From positions 1 through 28,529 of the IMG/VR virus record IMGVR_UViG_3300046010_012620: 28,529 nucleotides of DNA. One strand, given 5' to 3'. Within the stretch, counting starts at the first letter, position 1. The number at the start of each line of letters is the position of its first letter. Under the pieces are notes generated by a model. The model saw only the letters and a program-made list of their open reading frames with translations. It was not told where the DNA came from and searched no databases. Of this stretch, positions 25,806 through 28,529 are shown piece by piece. A program made the translations under genes and the position numbers. The stretch comes from a virus (Duplodnaviria; Caudoviricetes).

Positions 25806-28214
25806 TTACTTGTTCTTAAATTTATTGATTTTTGCCGTAAGATCGGCAATTTGCTGCTGCTGTTCTTGGATGGCTTTAATAAGCGGAGCTATAATTTTTG
25901 AATAGCTCATACCCTCTACCTCGCCTGCTTCATCCTTACTTACTATTTCAGGATAAACATTGGCTACCTCTTCGGCAATCAATCCTATGTCATGTTTGCG
26001 GTTGGTTTTCCAATCAAATTCAACAGGTTTGAGTTGGTTAATTTTATCAAGCTGTGATGTTAATTCTTTGATATCATCTTTGTAGCGCTGGGCTGATGTT
26101 TCAATAAGGCATGATACTGTTGTGATGCCGTTTTCGGCACAGTAATCGAAAGATAGTAGAGGGCCTATTCCACCTGTGTATTCTTCCGTGCAGGCTAAAT
26201 ATGCCCCGTAAAACCCTCCAAAAGCAAGTCCAGCATTTTGTGTTCCTGCTCCAGCTAATGCATATCTGGAATTATTTAGAGTACCGCCTGTTGACCACGT
26301 TGATCCGTTATATTCTTCCGTACAGGCACCGTATCCGCTACTGCCTCCAAAGGCTAAAGCAGCATTTTGTGTGCCTGCTCCTGCTAAACATTTTCTACCA
26401 ATAATCATAGCACCGCCTGCTGTCCATGAAGTTCCGTTATATTCTTCTGTACAAGCTCCTGCAGATCCTCCAAATGCTAAAGCTGCGTTTTGTATACCTG
26501 CTCCCGCTAAGCTATCTCTACCAGCGATTAAAGCACCACCAGCAGACCAAGAGGTTCCGTTATATTCTTCTGTGCATGCGCCTGGTCCATAGTTTCCGCC
26601 AAATGCTAATCCGGCATTTTGTGTACCTGCTCCTGCTAAATACTCTCCACCTGAAATTAAAGCACCGCCTGCTGTCCAAGTGGCGCCATCATATTCCTCT
26701 GTACAGGTATTTGGGGACGGCCTTCCTCCAAAAGCTAAAGCTGCATTTTGTGTTCCTGCTCCTGCTAAACGGAATTGAGCGTTTATCATTGCTCCACCGT
26801 TTGACCATGAAGATCCATCATACTCCTCTGTACAATTATAAGTAGGATAACCGCCAAAAGCAAGACCTGCATTTTGAGTACCTGCTCCTGCTAAAAAATG
26901 TCTAGCAGTGATCATAGCACCGCCTGCCGACCACGATCCTCCTGGCCCTACACCAGATGTATAATAACAAAATTGAACATTACTTATTGTTTTTATAGAA
27001 CCTGATATCTCTAGTGTATCATCTACAAATGTAGTTCTGATAGATGTATTGCCTGTTGTGTTGGAGAAGTTGAAGGTTTGGGGGTTGGGGTTTGAGCCAG
27101 CATATTCTTCTGTGCATGATTGCCCCGGATTTCCTCCAAAAGCAAGTCCTGCATTTTGTGTACCTGCTCCTGCTAAAAATGCTCTACCAGTAATTAAAGC
27201 ACCGCCTGTAGACCATGAAGATCCATCATATTCCTCTGTACAGGTAACTGAAGGAGTGCCTCCAAATCCTAAAGCAGCATTTTGTGTACCTGCTCCGGCT
27301 AGAGCATACCTAGAGCTAATCAATGCTCCTCCTACCGACCAAGAAGTACCGTTATATTCTTCAGTACATGCTACTGTTGTTGGGTTGGTAGTTATTCCAC
27401 CAAATGCTAAGCCTGAATTTTGTGTTCCTGCTCCTGCTAAACCTTGTCTAGCAGTAATTAAAGCACCGCCTGCCGACCAAGTCGATCCATCGTACTCTTC
27501 AGTACATGCTCTTGATGTTGGGGTGGTAGTTATTCCACCAAATGCTAAGCCTGAATTTTGTGTTCCTGCTCCTGCTAAATACAATCTAGCTGTAATTAAA
27601 GCTCCACCAGTTGACCAGGACGATCCATTATATTCTTCTGTACATGATATAGGATTATATCCATCGCTACCTCCAAATGCTAAGCCGGCATTTTGTGTTC
27701 CTACTCCTGCTAAGAGATATCTAGCAACACTCAAAGCTCCGCCTGTAAACCAGCTTGACCCGTTATATTCTTCAGTACATGTACAAACATATGTTACAAT
27801 ACCTCCAAATGCTAAGCCTGAATTTTGTGTACCTGCTCCTGCTAAACTTTCTCTAGCAGTAATTAAAGCACCACCAGCACTCCACCCGGCTACTATATTA
27901 TATCCAAATCCTACACTTCCTGTTACACCTAATGATCCGCTAACTTGAGCCGATCCTGTAAAAGGGAATACGGGCGGTAGGTTTATATAAGATGCTGTAA
28001 GGGCATATGAAGATGTTCCAAATAGAGATCCTGTTGCTGATATATTACCTGTTGAATTTGAATAGAGGAAAGTTTGTGTAGTACCTCCACCTGTATGATA
28101 ATTAAATCCTACACTTCCAGTAACACCTAGTGATCCGGTCGCTCTGAAGGATCCTGAAACCCTAGAGTTGTCTGGAGAAATTAAACCGTTCCTGGCTACA
28201 AATTCGTTTGACAT
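25806..28214 (-). CDS. Tail fibre with two Kelch-like 6-bladed propellers and C-terminal S74 intramolecular chaperone
   Basis: TGS-rich shaft; 12 repeats (27102-27884 and 26178-26933); ETSAQRYK...GLIAEEV...LIKAIQEQQQQI S74 domain (25806-26096); late motif at 28241-28248. Confidence 0.9.
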   Translation of the reverse strand: MSNEFVARNGLISPDNSRVSGSFRATGSLGVTGSVGFNYHTGGGTTQTFLYSNSTGNISATGSLFGTSSYALTASYINLPPVFPFTGSAQVSGSLGVTGSVGFGYNIVAGWSAGGALITARESLAGAGTQNSGLAFGGIVTYVCTCTEEYNGSSWFTGGALSVARYLLAGVGTQNAGLAFGGSDGYNPISCTEEYNGSSWSTGGALITARLYLAGAGTQNSGLAFGGITTTPTSRACTEEYDGSTWSAGGALITARQGLAGAGTQNSGLAFGGITTNPTTVACTEEYNGTSWSVGGALISSRYALAGAGTQNAALGFGGTPSVTCTEEYDGSSWSTGGALITGRAFLAGAGTQNAGLAFGGNPGQSCTEEYAGSNPNPQTFNFSNTTGNTSIRTTFVDDTLEISGSIKTISNVQFCYYTSGVGPGGSWSAGGAMITARHFLAGAGTQNAGLAFGGYPTYNCTEEYDGSSWSNGGAMINAQFRLAGAGTQNAALAFGGRPSPNTCTEEYDGATWTAGGALISGGEYLAGAGTQNAGLAFGGNYGPGACTEEYNGTSWSAGGALIAGRDSLAGAGIQNAALAFGGSAGACTEEYNGTSWTAGGAMIIGRKCLAGAGTQNAALAFGGSSGYGACTEEYNGSTWSTGGTLNNSRYALAGAGTQNAGLAFGGFYGAYLACTEEYTGGIGPLLSFDYCAENGITTVSCLIETSAQRYKDDIKELTSQLDKINQLKPVEFDWKTNRKHDIGLIAEEVANVYPEIVSKDEAGEVEGMSYSKIIAPLIKAIQEQQQQIADLTAKINKFKNK

Positions 28215-28217
28215 AGT

Positions 28218-28529
28218 CTATTCTTGGGGCGGTGTTTTATATAAATATTTTTGATCTTCTAAATCGCTAGCTTCCTTAGTTAACACAGCAATTTGTTGTT
28301 GCTGCTCTTGAATAGCTTTAATTAGGGCGGCTACCATTTTAGAGTAACTAATACCTGTTATTTTACCCTCTTCGTCTCTACTTACTACCTCGGGATAAAT
28401 TTCGGCTACCTCTTCGGCAATCAGACCAATATCTGGTTTGCGGCTTGTTTTCCAAACAAACTCTACTGGTTTAAGTTGATTAATCTTATCAAGCTGGTTT
28501 GTTAATTCTTTAACGTTGTCTTTATATCT
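28218..28529 (-). CDS. C-terminal S74 chaperone domain of another tail fibre (5' end outside the window)
   Basis: Not in the track. My translation is RYKDNVKELTNQLDKINQLKPVEFVWKTSRKPDIGLIAEEVAEIYPEVVSRDEEGKITGISYSKMVAALIKAIQEQQQQIAVLTKEASDLEDQKYLYKTPPQE*, a close paralogue of the 802-aa C-terminus. Confidence 0.88.
   Translation of the reverse strand, partial: RYKDNVKELTNQLDKINQLKPVEFVWKTSRKPDIGLIAEEVAEIYPEVVSRDEEGKITGISYSKMVAALIKAIQEQQQQIAVLTKEASDLEDQKYLYKTPPQE

Larger units (their letters stand above)
17751..27884 (-). repeat. 30 coding repeats of ~125-145 bp (Kelch-like blades) in five blocks of six
   Basis: Recurrent + strand words TTTTGTGTTCCTGCTCCTGCTAA and TATTCTTCTGTACA in 17751-18536, 18733-19503, 19716-20498, 26178-26933 and 27102-27884. 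Confidence 0.95.

Noticed and set aside
17751-27884. CRISPR array or diversity-generating retroelement as the source of the repeats
   Set aside because: The repeats are in-frame coding units with synonymous variation. There is no cas or reverse transcriptase gene in the window, no non-coding template repeat, and differences include indels and are not visibly adenine-specific.
17751-27884. EEY(D/N) as a tyrosine-sulfation sequon repeated 30 times
   Set aside because: The acidic context is suggestive, but this Tyr corresponds to the conserved structural aromatic of Kelch blades and is probably buried. Not supportable without data.
17761-27948. Long + strand ORFs over the propeller genes (e.g. 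17761-18225, 19699-20310, 27049-27948; FCVPAPA repeats)
   Set aside because: Antisense shadows of the Gly/Ala-rich repeat codons, with no promoter or start context; all supported genes are on the minus strand.
10220-28248. TATAAATA on the + strand as T4 late promoters driving + strand genes
   Set aside because: No credible + strand genes follow them; their fixed spacing to minus-strand ATGs shows the motif is oriented as ATATTTAT.
1-28529. Stop-codon reassignment, tRNA/rRNA genes, introns or inteins
   Set aside because: Genes are full length under code 11 and end in TAA, TAG and TGA. Intergenic gaps are short, and I saw no cloverleaf, intron or intein signatures.

Overview
A 28.5-kb piece of a large AT-rich myovirus (contractile-tail phage) genome with every real gene on the minus strand. 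The host is probably a Bacteroidota: four TTG-N19/20-TAnnTTWA promoters are present and starts are A-rich with no Shine-Dalgarno. In transcription order (right to left) it contains: (1) two S74-chaperone tail fibres, one carrying two Kelch-like 6-bladed beta-propellers; (2) an operon of five 2OG-Fe(II) oxygenases and a GT9-like glycosyltransferase; (3) three stand-alone propeller proteins; (4) an operon of sulfotransferase, APS kinase, HxGH nucleotidyltransferase and DUF2061; (5) tail sheath, tube, gp26/gp51-like chaperones, tape measure, baseplate genes and an M23-tipped hub; (6) the start of a probable PolA-like gene. The main candidate system is a virion-decoration locus in which hydroxylation, glycosylation and PAPS-dependent sulfation enzymes under host-type promoters alternate with late-type genes encoding 30 propeller blades whose hypervariable loops hold all of the blades' prolines. 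Other notable signals are a probable +1 frameshift in the tail chaperone and hairpins that tie the late-promoter motif to start-codon regions. All functional calls come from motif recognition by eye; no searches were run.
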